IMG/VR virus record: IMGVR_UViG_3300040985_000942
Span: 1-25,857 of that record
Length of the DNA: 25,857 nucleotides
Direction: 5' to 3' (one strand)
Source: a virus
Taxonomy: Duplodnaviria; Caudoviricetes
How positions within the stretch are numbered: position 1 is the first letter of the stretch; each line of letters opens with the position of its first letter. Shown here piece by piece: positions 16,258-25,386 of this stretch. The notes under the pieces are model-generated. The model had not been told where the DNA came from, did no database searches, and was given only the letters and a program-made list of their open reading frames with translations. The translations under genes were made by a program, and so were the position numbers.

Positions 16258-17312
16258 ACCGACTCGGAACGGGCACGCACATACAGGCCGTCATTATGCC
16301 CAAATCCGACTGGACCAAAGCCGAGTGCAAGGCGTGGCTCAAATCCCATGACTACCACACGGACGGGCTAGACGAAACGGACGGCGCATACCGCTGGCGA
16401 CAGGTTGACCCGCAAGAGGATATATTCGGATACCAGACGGACGGGCAGAATAGCGAAGACGGCAAGCCGCTAAAGGTGGTGCTAGGTTACCCCCTCAGTG
16501 CGGATAGAAGCGTGACGTTCCGGGGCCGGGTGATGGGTGTTGACGATGTGGAGAACGGTCAGATTGCGACCATCGGCGTGCGAAGTTGTGACAGCGTTGT
16601 ATCTGTGACGGAGCCCGTAGTTTCCGCAGACTGTAGCAGGATGGGTATCAACTGTGGTGACGTGGTGCTAGTACGCTGCGATTGGGGCGAGAGTCATTGC
16701 CTGTCAAGAGTGGTGGCAGTCTCACTATTTGACGCCGTACCTGATACAGCCGCAGAGTATAATGCCAAATTGGCAAACGGCACCGCAGACCATGAGCCTA
16801 TTACCCGCTCCGCACCCATCGTTAGCCACAAGGTCACACGTGACGAGGGCGGTAAGGATCGGCAGTTAGTAACCTGCGTGGTGTACGAACCCGGTCGCAT
16901 TGATAGAGGGTGGGGAACTACAGCCAGCAAGGCCACGGTCGAGAGTTGGGCGCACGCATTTCTAATCAGCAATATCGCCATGCAGGGCGCAACCATCACT
17001 GATGAGCATTGGGCCAAAGATGAGGATGGCAACTGGCTACTGGCTGACCCCGAGTTAGGCGACGTGATAGTTGACGGCGCACCCATCAACCGAGTAAAAG
17101 CACCAGCAGTCGACGCCTACGTGGTGGAATCGTGGATTGAGAGATTCGGCGGGACCCTCGGCGGCATGGAGATAGCAGTCGGCACGTGGATGGTAGAGAT
17201 TTGGATTCGTGACCCTGCTATTTGGGCAAAGGTATTATCCGGTGAGTATACCGGCGTGAGTATTGAAGGATGGAAACACACTGGCCAACCCATGGAGGAT
17301 TCAAATGGCTAA
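16245..17312 (+). CDS. prohead maturation protease (XkdF-like) with N-terminal accessory domains
   Basis: RQLV..VVYEP..D..AHAFL..EH..VVESWI..GTWM..IWAKVLSGEYTGVSIEG. Confidence 0.85.
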   Translation: MPDVNRLGTGTHIQAVIMPKSDWTKAECKAWLKSHDYHTDGLDETDGAYRWRQVDPQEDIFGYQTDGQNSEDGKPLKVVLGYPLSADRSVTFRGRVMGVDDVENGQIATIGVRSCDSVVSVTEPVVSADCSRMGINCGDVVLVRCDWGESHCLSRVVAVSLFDAVPDTAAEYNAKLANGTADHEPITRSAPIVSHKVTRDEGGKDRQLVTCVVYEPGRIDRGWGTTASKATVESWAHAFLISNIAMQGATITDEHWAKDEDGNWLLADPELGDVIVDGAPINRVKAPAVDAYVVESWIERFGGTLGGMEIAVGTWMVEIWIRDPAIWAKVLSGEYTGVSIEGWKHTGQPMEDSNG

Positions 17313-17832
17313 AGCACGTAAGCCGCGGGCACCGCGCAAGAGTAAGAAAGTAGAAGCCGCAGTAGTGGCCCCGGCACCGATGCCAGAGCCAGAGGCAGAC
17401 AACCTGCCAGCGATTATCGAGGAAGATGTGGTGGAAGTGGCACCCGCACCTGAGCCGGAGCCGGAACCCGTTGAACGTGACTGGCTCACTCTGTCAGAAG
17501 TAGAGGTTGCCGTGGGTGTGAGCGCATCCACCATCCGCAGTTGGGTACAGTCGGGTTACATTCCGCACATGGAACCCAGCAAGCAAGGGCAGAAACAGGA
17601 ATGGCACTCGCACCACGTAGCCAGCCTCAAGCGTATCATTGCCGTGCGTGACGCCGTGCGCAGCCTTGACGATATGGGCAAGATTGCCGCAGCATGCAAT
17701 GTTGACCCGGCACGCCTCGACGGTCGCATCACCATGATCACGAGCGGCGGCATGCGTATCGCTGATGAGGGTAGCAAGATTGGCACCCTGAAATTTATCA
17801 GCCGTGACCCGATGGTTATCATCCCCTTGTAG
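17305..17832 (+). CDS. MerR/excisionase-like HTH protein with Pro/Glu-rich N-terminus
   Basis: WLTLSEVEVAVGVSASTIRSWVQSGYIP winged HTH; GGAGG RBS. Confidence 0.7.
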   Translation: MAKARKPRAPRKSKKVEAAVVAPAPMPEPEADNLPAIIEEDVVEVAPAPEPEPEPVERDWLTLSEVEVAVGVSASTIRSWVQSGYIPHMEPSKQGQKQEWHSHHVASLKRIIAVRDAVRSLDDMGKIAAACNVDPARLDGRITMITSGGMRIADEGSKIGTLKFISRDPMVIIPL

Positions 17833-17880
17833 CAAATCCCCCATACCCTACGGGTATAAAAAGAAAGCTCAAAATCTATT

Positions 17881-17910
17881 TTGTCAAAATGGCAAAACAA
17901 AACGTAATCT
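17881..17910 (+). promoter_or_regulatory. putative promoter for the scaffold/capsid genes
   Basis: TTGTCA, 18-nt spacer, TAATCT in an AT-rich gap; ends 6 nt before ATG 17917. Confidence 0.5.
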
Positions 17911-17916
17911 GACCGC

Positions 17917-18936
17917 ATGGTTGATGAACTAGAAGATCAGACCGGTGACGATGTGGAGACAAGCCCCGGATTGAAGGGACTGTTTACGCCTCGCATGGCC
18001 TTTACTGGCAAACCGGCAAACGTGCAAGGAATCCCACAGACCAGATCAGAAGGAGATCCAATGGCCGACGAACGCACTCAGATCGAAATCCCGACAAGCC
18101 TAGTTGAAATCGTCCGCACCATGGGCGAAGGGCTTGAAGCCGCTGGCGTGAAAATCAAGGAAGGCGAAGTGTTGCGTGGTGAGAAGGCGGACAAGTATGC
18201 CGACGCCGTAGCCGCTGCCCTTGCCGTGCTTGAACCGCTGAAGGGCCAGATGGAGCATGATGATTTTGCCCGCCTTGCCTCGCTGGTAGGGTACAACATT
18301 GGCGACGTTGCATGGATCGACCGGGCAGAGAAAGCTATCGTTCGCAGCGACGCACTTGACGCCGCAGAAGAGGAAGAACGGAAAGCCGCAGAACTGCGTG
18401 CCGCTTCCGAATTTCCGCTTACCGCTGAGGGTGGTCTTGACATCGAGGCCGTGCCTGAAGCCGTGCGTTCCATGGTTCAGAATCAGTGGGACCGGGAGCA
18501 GGCGCTTGTCACTCGCGAAGCCGCTGCTAAGGAATTCGAGGAAGCGCAGGCCGCACGTGAAGCGGAACTTGCTGAGACGGAATTCCAGGCTGACATCACC
18601 CGCAGCATGGGAGAGATCGAAGGTCTGGCCGGTGACGTTGAACTGCGCCGCTCTACCCTCGTGGAAGCGAAGCGCACCAATGAAGTCGTCTACAGCAACA
18701 TGGTCGAACTGTGGAAGCAGGAAGCCGCCGCCGCCCGCGCATTGCAGCCGGAAATTGGAAGCACCGCAGATGTGGACCCCGGACTTGACAGCAAGGCGCA
18801 AGCGATGCGCACAGCCGAAGTCCGCATGAAGGCACTGATGGACGAAGATCCAAAGGTCACTCGTGCGGATGCGATGGTCACGGTCTTCAGGAATGACCCC
18901 GCCCTTTACAAGCAGCACAAGGGCATCACCGAATAA
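17917..18936 (+). CDS. capsid scaffolding protein
   Basis: Acidic, Ala/Glu-rich coiled coil; N-terminal F.GKPAN motif; C-terminal A...V....P.LY motif; located between protease and capsid genes. Confidence 0.75.
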   Translation: MVDELEDQTGDDVETSPGLKGLFTPRMAFTGKPANVQGIPQTRSEGDPMADERTQIEIPTSLVEIVRTMGEGLEAAGVKIKEGEVLRGEKADKYADAVAAALAVLEPLKGQMEHDDFARLASLVGYNIGDVAWIDRAEKAIVRSDALDAAEEEERKAAELRAASEFPLTAEGGLDIEAVPEAVRSMVQNQWDREQALVTREAAAKEFEEAQAAREAELAETEFQADITRSMGEIEGLAGDVELRRSTLVEAKRTNEVVYSNMVELWKQEAAAARALQPEIGSTADVDPGLDSKAQAMRTAEVRMKALMDEDPKVTRADAMVTVFRNDPALYKQHKGITE

Positions 18937-18977
18937 TCAAACCCCCGGTGTAATGCCGGACAACGGAGGATTCAAAA

Positions 18978-20357
18978 ATGGCGAACGAAAGCACAACCAA
19001 ACTCAGTTATGTATCCGGTGCAGACCTTAGCACCAAACGTTATTACGCTGTCCGACTGAGTGCGGCAGATACCGTCAACGTCGGCTCACTCGGCGGCAAG
19101 ATTGTCGGTGTTCTGGCCAACCAGCCGGAACTAGGATACGCAGCCGAAGTTATCACCGCAGGCCGTGCGCAGATGTTGGCAGCGTCCACCATTACCGCAG
19201 GCGATGACATCGAATCCACCGCAACCGGGCTTGCTCAGACGAAGACGGCAGACGGGCACAAGATCGGCGTGGCTGTAACGTCCGCTACCGCTGGCGACCT
19301 GTTTGACGTGCAACTCATGCAGGGCCATCAGGGCGATGGAGTGGCTCGGTTCCTCGATGACGGCGGGATCACCGTTGGGCTTATTGTGCAGACGGGAACC
19401 GCAGATGGTGATGTAGCCGTTGCCGACGCCAACGCAAAGCCGTTTGGTGTAGCCGCCGCAACATCCATCAATAACGCCCATGCATACATCTATGTTGAGG
19501 GCGTCTGCGAAGTAACTTCTGGCGCAGTATTTGCCAAAGGCGCTAGCCTCACTTCAGACGCAGCCGGTAAAGCTGTAGCCGCTGGCACGTTGGGCAACCG
19601 CCACTGTATCGGGTATGCACTTGACGCAGCCACGGGCGCAGACGAATCGATCACCATGATTATCTCGCAGCACGTGTTCTCCCCCGTCAACACTTCGTCC
19701 GACCTCGTTGCCGGTGAAGACCTCAGTTCCTCGCAATATTACGCAGTAAAGGTCGACCCCGCAGACGACAAGATGATCCTCGGTGCCGCTGGCGACCTTT
19801 GCGTTGGGCTGGTGCAGAATGCACCCATACTGGACGCAGAAGCAATCGTTGCCACATCAGGCGTCGCAACCGGGATCGCTGGTATCGGTGGCTGTACCTC
19901 CGGTGCAGAGGTTGAATGTGACGCATTTGGTACGCTGATTAATGCCACCGGCACCGCTGGATACAATACCATCGGGATCGCCCTGAATGATGCAATTGCG
20001 ACCGCAGAAGTAACCGTGCTCCTGACCACCCGCAAGCAGGTAGCATCGGAAGTTATTGGCGTTGCCGCTGGTTATGCAATCGCCCGCGGCATCAATACTC
20101 AGGTCGCAGCGATTGACACAATCGTAACTGGCTTGACGACCGTCGTGGCCGTCTTTGCCACACTGGAAACTGACCCCGACCCAACATGCTTCTTGGCTTC
20201 TGCTGACATCGGCAATCAGGTTGGCGCACCCGCAGCCGGTAGTATCTTGCTGAAGACGTGGAAGGCGACTACTGCCGGTGCTGGCGGCAACGCCGATCCA
20301 GTCGCAGCCACTGCGTTTGGACAGTCCGTCAATTGGTTTGCAATCGGCACCATCTAA
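18978..20357 (+). CDS. capsid decoration/cement protein (three DUF2190-like repeats plus a C-terminal domain)
   Basis: Three ~115-aa Gly/Ala-rich repeats, each with G......G..V..DA.G.A......IG.A...A...D.; directly upstream of the major capsid gene. Confidence 0.75.
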   Translation: MANESTTKLSYVSGADLSTKRYYAVRLSAADTVNVGSLGGKIVGVLANQPELGYAAEVITAGRAQMLAASTITAGDDIESTATGLAQTKTADGHKIGVAVTSATAGDLFDVQLMQGHQGDGVARFLDDGGITVGLIVQTGTADGDVAVADANAKPFGVAAATSINNAHAYIYVEGVCEVTSGAVFAKGASLTSDAAGKAVAAGTLGNRHCIGYALDAATGADESITMIISQHVFSPVNTSSDLVAGEDLSSSQYYAVKVDPADDKMILGAAGDLCVGLVQNAPILDAEAIVATSGVATGIAGIGGCTSGAEVECDAFGTLINATGTAGYNTIGIALNDAIATAEVTVLLTTRKQVASEVIGVAAGYAIARGINTQVAAIDTIVTGLTTVVAVFATLETDPDPTCFLASADIGNQVGAPAAGSILLKTWKATTAGAGGNADPVAATAFGQSVNWFAIGTI

Positions 20358-20366
20358 CGTAAAACC

Positions 20367-20400
20367 GGGGGCGTAGGCAGCCAGTGCCAGCCCCCTTTTT
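20367..20400 (+). terminator. intrinsic terminator-like hairpin
   Basis: GGGGGC-GTA-GGCA..TGCC-A-GCCCCC followed by TTTTT. Confidence 0.5.
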
Positions 20401-20416
20401 GAAATAGGAGAGCACC

Positions 20417-21394
20417 ATGCCACTTCCGAATCAGGTACACGTTGACGCAGTACTCACAAACATGAGTCTGCAAATCCTGCAAGAGCCGGACAGTTACATC
20501 GCCGGTAAAGTATTTCCCATGGTTCCCAGCAAGAAGGAAGCTGACTTTTACTACAAGTATCAGGACAGCGACTTTTTCAAGGATCAGGCGAAGAAACGGG
20601 CACCGAATACCGAAGCCCAGATCGGTGATTACTCACTGACCACCGACAACTTCTTCTGCCAGGAATGGAGCTTCGGCACTGACATTTCCGTGCGTGAGTA
20701 CGAGAATGCAGACAACCCGCTCGATCCTGAAGGCGACGCAACCCGCTTTGTCACCGAGATCCTCAAGATCCGCAAGGAACGTTTGTGGATGGAGAATTTC
20801 TTTGGTGCATCCATTTGGGGCACCGATGTACAGGGCGGCGTTGGGTTTACGGTGTGGTCCGACTACACCAACGGCACCCCCGTTGCAGACGTGAAATCGT
20901 GGCGGCGTGCGGTACAGTTGGCAACTGGCAAGAAGCCCAACAAACTCGTGCTCACTCCCGATGTTTGGGACGTGCTGTGTGAGGCTCCTGATGTGAAGAA
21001 CCGCCTCCAGTACAACAACACGAAGTACGACCAGAATGGCGGAAACGTCACCACCGGCATGGTTGCCATGATGATGGAACTGGACGAAATCCTGATTGCC
21101 GACGCGGTCTACAACACCGACGAAGCACCGGGCTCCTCTTCCAACGCATTCATTGCTGGCGAAAAGAAGGCGCTGCTTTGCTACGCAGAACCGAATCCGG
21201 GAATCCGCCGTGCATCCGCTGGCTATACCTTCGCATGGACCGGCAAGCAGGGTGTCAACTCTGAAGCCATGTTCATCGCAACTGAGGAAGTTCCTCTGCG
21301 CAATACCTGGGAACGAGTGGAAGGCAGTATGTTCTTCCAGCAGAAGGTTGTAGCCGCTTCCCTGGGCTACTACGCCTACGACGTTATTGCGTAA
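20417..21394 (+). CDS. major capsid protein
   Basis: HVDAVLTNMS..YIA.KVFP.VP..YYKY..G.KPNKLVL...VW..L..P..SAGYTF.W; 325 aa; AGGAG RBS. Confidence 0.88.
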   Translation: MPLPNQVHVDAVLTNMSLQILQEPDSYIAGKVFPMVPSKKEADFYYKYQDSDFFKDQAKKRAPNTEAQIGDYSLTTDNFFCQEWSFGTDISVREYENADNPLDPEGDATRFVTEILKIRKERLWMENFFGASIWGTDVQGGVGFTVWSDYTNGTPVADVKSWRRAVQLATGKKPNKLVLTPDVWDVLCEAPDVKNRLQYNNTKYDQNGGNVTTGMVAMMMELDEILIADAVYNTDEAPGSSSNAFIAGEKKALLCYAEPNPGIRRASAGYTFAWTGKQGVNSEAMFIATEEVPLRNTWERVEGSMFFQQKVVAASLGYYAYDVIA

Positions 21395-21436
21395 CTGAGC
21401 GAGGGCCGCGACTGGCCATGATGGAGGTTTTGAACC

Positions 21437-21832
21437 ATGCCTTACGGTGGAGATCCGAGCGCAAGTTTTGCCGATGCGGTACGCTATACAATTGGCGACA
21501 CCGATCCGCTGAATGAGCTGGTATCCGATAGTGAGATCACGTATCTCATTACCATCGTAGGGTCTGACGTCATGGCAGTCGCGGCACAAGCAGCACTCAA
21601 CCTATCCCATACCTATGCGGGCAGAGTCGATCAAACGGTCGGCAAGGTGTCCGTCAAGTACTCGCAACTAGCAGCACAGTGGCTTGCCGTCTACGAGAGC
21701 CTTCGCAGGCGCATGTCACTGGACGCACCGCCATATGCTGGCGGCATAAGCATCAACGACAAGGCCATTGACGAAGCAGACACCGACGCACCAACCCCAG
21801 CGTTTAGCGTGGGCATGATGGATAACAGTTGA
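21437..21832 (+). CDS. head-tail adaptor (head completion) protein
   Basis: DAVR..IGDTD....LVSD.EI.YL..VGKVSVKYSQ; position after the capsid gene. Confidence 0.75.
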   Translation: MPYGGDPSASFADAVRYTIGDTDPLNELVSDSEITYLITIVGSDVMAVAAQAALNLSHTYAGRVDQTVGKVSVKYSQLAAQWLAVYESLRRRMSLDAPPYAGGISINDKAIDEADTDAPTPAFSVGMMDNS

Positions 21833-22350
21833 TGGCTGACAGCGGAACCACTGACAAAGATTTAGGATACAAGCAGATCCTGCGTGAAGTGGGAAAGGCA
21901 AGGAGTTCCTATGTTGATGTTGGGTACTGGGGTGGCAAGACTCACCCTGGCGACAGTTCTGCAACCATTCCGTATATCGCCAGCATCCATGAGTTTGGGA
22001 CTAAGCCGGGCACTACCCCGAGCATCCCAGAGAGGTCATTTGTTCGCAGTACCGCAGACGAGAACCGCAGCAAATATCAGGCCATGCTTGATAAGGGACT
22101 CGGGCAGATTCTCGCACGAAAGGCCACCGTCAAAAACGTTCTGGCGATGGTTGGTGAATTCATCATCGGTGACATCAGGCAAAAGTTGACGAAGAGTGAT
22201 CCGAGTTGGCCGGAGTTGAAGGATAGCACCAAAGCCAGCCGCCAGCATGGAGGGACACAACCTCTCTTTGATACGGGCGCACTTGCCCGCAGTGGCGGCA
22301 CTCGGGTTATCATCAATGGCGCTAAGGTAGCAGAGAAGGGGGCCAACTGA
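21832..22350 (+). CDS. neck / tail-completion protein
   Basis: VDVG..IASIHEFGT..IPERSFVRST..PLFDTG.L. Confidence 0.8.
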   Translation: MADSGTTDKDLGYKQILREVGKARSSYVDVGYWGGKTHPGDSSATIPYIASIHEFGTKPGTTPSIPERSFVRSTADENRSKYQAMLDKGLGQILARKATVKNVLAMVGEFIIGDIRQKLTKSDPSWPELKDSTKASRQHGGTQPLFDTGALARSGGTRVIINGAKVAEKGAN

Positions 22351-22706
22351 TGCTGCAACCCTCTGAACTGTTTGGCACTGTAGCAGTGACCCGGTATGCC
22401 GCTGGAGCGCACAGCGCCACCACAGGCGACTGGGTGGAAGGTTCAACGTCTGCCTTGTCCATTACTGCCAACGTGCAACCAATGCCCCCTGAGCGTATGC
22501 AGTTGCTTGAGGAAGGGAAGCGTGGCACCGCTGGCATTATCCTGTTTACCGATACTGAGTTGCGTACCGTGAGCGAGGACGACCAAACCAGTGGTGACCG
22601 CATCACATGGAAGGGTGACGAGTGGGAAGTTGTTTCCATTGATGACTTCTCTGAGGGCATGAGCCTACCTGAGAACCACTATGAAATACTGGCGGTGCGA
22701 AAATGA
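22350..22706 (+). CDS. head-closure (stopper) protein
   Basis: G.WVEG..ITANVQPM...MQLL.EG.R..D.I.W.G..WEVV. Confidence 0.75.
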   Translation: MLQPSELFGTVAVTRYAAGAHSATTGDWVEGSTSALSITANVQPMPPERMQLLEEGKRGTAGIILFTDTELRTVSEDDQTSGDRITWKGDEWEVVSIDDFSEGMSLPENHYEILAVRK

Positions 22707-23227
22707 GCGTGCCAGATTTCCAGAAAGCCGTCCGCACGTGGCTACAGGATGCCACCGGCGCAACCGTTATCAACGGGCATGGCTCTGGGCCTAAGCCGCC
22801 ATTGTCGTTCGTTAGCGTTACCGTGACCGCAGCCGTTCCACGTGGCCTGCCAGACCGTGACCCGATCCTCGACTCATCAGACGAGCGGGAACACAGGCAG
22901 GAATTCCGTGCATCCATGTCGGTGCAGTTTTACGGGCCATCAGCAGAGACGTTTGCGTTTCAGGCACGGGAAGCGTTGGCCTTTGACGCAACCATCGCAA
23001 AGTTCCGTGCGGTCAATGTGGCAGTCCAAAGCACAGGCGGAATCTCAAATATCCCGGTGCAGGTCAACGCAGATTGGGAGAGCCGATACCAGTTTGACAC
23101 GTTCATCGGATTCCGTGGGGCGGTCAGTGAAGAATTGTACTGGATCGAGAAACTGAAGGACGTGGTTTATACCCTCTATTCAAGCTCTGGTGCGGTCCTC
23201 AAGACTGGCACCTTTGACGTACCATAG
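22703..23227 (+). CDS. tail terminator / neck protein
   Basis: P.P...F..V..SVQFYG..WE.R.Q.D..; position directly before the sheath gene. Confidence 0.7.
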   Translation: MSVPDFQKAVRTWLQDATGATVINGHGSGPKPPLSFVSVTVTAAVPRGLPDRDPILDSSDEREHRQEFRASMSVQFYGPSAETFAFQAREALAFDATIAKFRAVNVAVQSTGGISNIPVQVNADWESRYQFDTFIGFRGAVSEELYWIEKLKDVVYTLYSSSGAVLKTGTFDVP

Positions 23228-23236
23228 GAGAGCAAC

Positions 23237-24355
23237 ATGGTAGACAAAATCAGCAGCATTATTCAAGTCAACATTTCCCGGAGTTCTACTACCGTGTCGC
23301 AGGCTGGATTCGGTACGGCTCTGCTAATTGGTGACCTTGCCAATACCTACGACGAGGGCTTCCCTGCACTGTGGGCGACTCGGGTTATCAGCGTGAGCAG
23401 TGCTGGTGAGCTTGATACTACCCACGGCTTTGACACCACGAAGGCGATTTACCACGCTGCGCTGGCCTACTTCTCTCAGGAAGTGAAGCCGACCGCTCTC
23501 TATGTCGGGTACTACGATAGTGGCACAGGTGAGTCAGCAACGAACGGGCTGGCCGCAATTCGTGCATCCGCATCAGGCGATGACTGGTATGCGCTGAACT
23601 GCACAGACAGAACTAGCGGTGCCGCTGGCGATCAGTGGGAACTTGCGCAGCTCATGCAGGCTGAAAACCGCATTTTCTTGTCAGCCAGTGCGGACGTGAA
23701 CACGTACGATACTGCCGATGCCACATCGACGGCGTACCTTGCGAAAAATGCTTCGCACCAAAACACTGCCATCTTGTACCACAGCGGAGCAGCCGCAACG
23801 ACGACCACTGCTGGATGGGCAGACATGGCATGGCTGGGGCGTATGTTGCCGACAGAGCCGGGTGAAGTTACGTGGGCATACAAGACCCTCGTGGGAATCA
23901 GCCCAGACAACGCACTGACGACAGCACAGCGCAACGCTATCACCCCGCACATTGGCTACTCTGGTGTTACGCACTATGCCTCGTACTACGATACCATCAA
24001 ATCGAAAAGCGGCACTCGGTTTGGCCATGTTGCATCCGGGCTATACCTTGACTCTATCAGGCTGGCCCACTGGACCGTTGCCCGATGTCAGGAGGCTCTG
24101 TATGCGAAGCTGGCAGCGTTGCCGAAGTTGCCGTTTACTGACGAAGGCATCAGCGTTGCAAAGAGCGAAGTACGCAGAGTGTTAGAGCGCAAGGTGCCGG
24201 AAGCAATCGCACAGATTGACTATGTTACAGCCCCGAAAGCGGCTGATGTTAGCTCTGCAAACAAACTGTTGCGCACCCTGCCCGATCTTGACTTTGGCTA
24301 CACTGAGTCGGGCGCTATCCATATGGCCGTTGTCAACGGCGTCGTGAGCGTCTAG
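23237..24355 (+). CDS. contractile tail sheath protein (DUF3383-like)
   Basis: I.VNIS......QAGFG..L..A.AYFSQ..P..DWY..PG..TWAYKTL.G..G.YLD..KLPFTD.GI..GAIH...VNG.V. Confidence 0.88.
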   Translation: MVDKISSIIQVNISRSSTTVSQAGFGTALLIGDLANTYDEGFPALWATRVISVSSAGELDTTHGFDTTKAIYHAALAYFSQEVKPTALYVGYYDSGTGESATNGLAAIRASASGDDWYALNCTDRTSGAAGDQWELAQLMQAENRIFLSASADVNTYDTADATSTAYLAKNASHQNTAILYHSGAAATTTTAGWADMAWLGRMLPTEPGEVTWAYKTLVGISPDNALTTAQRNAITPHIGYSGVTHYASYYDTIKSKSGTRFGHVASGLYLDSIRLAHWTVARCQEALYAKLAALPKLPFTDEGISVAKSEVRRVLERKVPEAIAQIDYVTAPKAADVSSANKLLRTLPDLDFGYTESGAIHMAVVNGVVSV

Positions 24356-24366
24356 GAGGTTTCATC

Positions 24367-24849
24367 ATGGCTACTGTAACATTTGATCCGGGCAAGTTCG
24401 CCCTCAATATCTCCGGCGTGCTCATCTCTGGGTTTGACGATGGGACATTTATCGAGGTGTCTCGCAACGTCGCCATTGCTGAGACTAAGGTTTCCGCAGA
24501 CGGCAAGGAGACGGCGAGGGTTCAGCGGCGTAACAAGTCGGGAACCATGACTGTCACGCTACTCGCCACCGCAGAAGCCAATTCCTACATTGACGGTTTG
24601 CGTCAGTTACAGGAAGCGGGCACCCTGACCGACTTTCCCATCGGCATTGACGACGCAACCAACACTGAGATCTTCGCCGCTGAGGCATGGATTCAGGAGT
24701 TGCCGTCGTACTCATACGGTGTGGAAGTTGGGAGCCGTGCGTGGACGTTTGGCCTTGCCAACATCAACTACGTCGTGACGCCGCAGACCACCGCATGGAG
24801 CACCATCAAGAACACCATCGGTGACATCGTCACTGACATCTTCGGATAG
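24367..24849 (+). CDS. tail tube protein (DUF3277-like)
   Basis: TFDP......G..ISGF.DGTFI..V.ADG..SGT.TVTLL..AWI...P...YG.EV..R.W. Confidence 0.85.
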   Translation: MATVTFDPGKFALNISGVLISGFDDGTFIEVSRNVAIAETKVSADGKETARVQRRNKSGTMTVTLLATAEANSYIDGLRQLQEAGTLTDFPIGIDDATNTEIFAAEAWIQELPSYSYGVEVGSRAWTFGLANINYVVTPQTTAWSTIKNTIGDIVTDIFG

Positions 24850-24879
24850 ACCGAGGGAAACGACAATGGGAGGCAGTAA

Positions 24880-25386
24880 ATGCGACGTACAGCAACTAAG
24901 GAATTCGATGGGCACGCCTGGGAGCTAATCCAACACCCTGCCACTGAAGGCCATGCGGTAATGACAAACGTGACCCGGTTACTCGGGACGGCGTTCGAGT
25001 CTGCCATGGAGGGAGGGGTTGACGGTGACGCAGAGATTGATACCGCCCTATTTGCCAAAGTGGCACAGGGACTACTCAGCAAGGTCGATGACGACAAACT
25101 CACGTGGCTCATAAAGCTGATTGTCAAGTATGTCAAGCGGGACGGTGAGCCGGTTGGTGAGGGTGCATTTGATGACGCCTTTGCCGGTGCCTATGACACC
25201 CTCTACCGTGTTGTTGCATGGGTGCTCAAAGAAAACTTCGCCTCAGTTTTTCAATCAACCGGAATCGCAAGTTTCCTCGAAGCGGTTCCGGGCATGGCGA
25301 AGGATTCGATGGGCCACGCATCGAAGTCAGCCTCGGCCCGCAAAACGCAGCCCGTGTCTCGGCGCAGTGGCCGATCTGGAGGGTAG
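24880..25386 (+). CDS. tail assembly chaperone (gpG-like)
   Basis: Between tube and tape measure; FDDAFAGAY..LY.V...VLKENF motif. Confidence 0.8.
   Translation: MRRTATKEFDGHAWELIQHPATEGHAVMTNVTRLLGTAFESAMEGGVDGDAEIDTALFAKVAQGLLSKVDDDKLTWLIKLIVKYVKRDGEPVGEGAFDDAFAGAYDTLYRVVAWVLKENFASVFQSTGIASFLEAVPGMAKDSMGHASKSASARKTQPVSRRSGRSGG

Noticed and set aside
18100-21589. Long minus-strand ORFs (18100-18918, 20633-21589 and others)
   Set aside because: They are antisense shadows of well-supported + strand genes and show no recognisable motifs.
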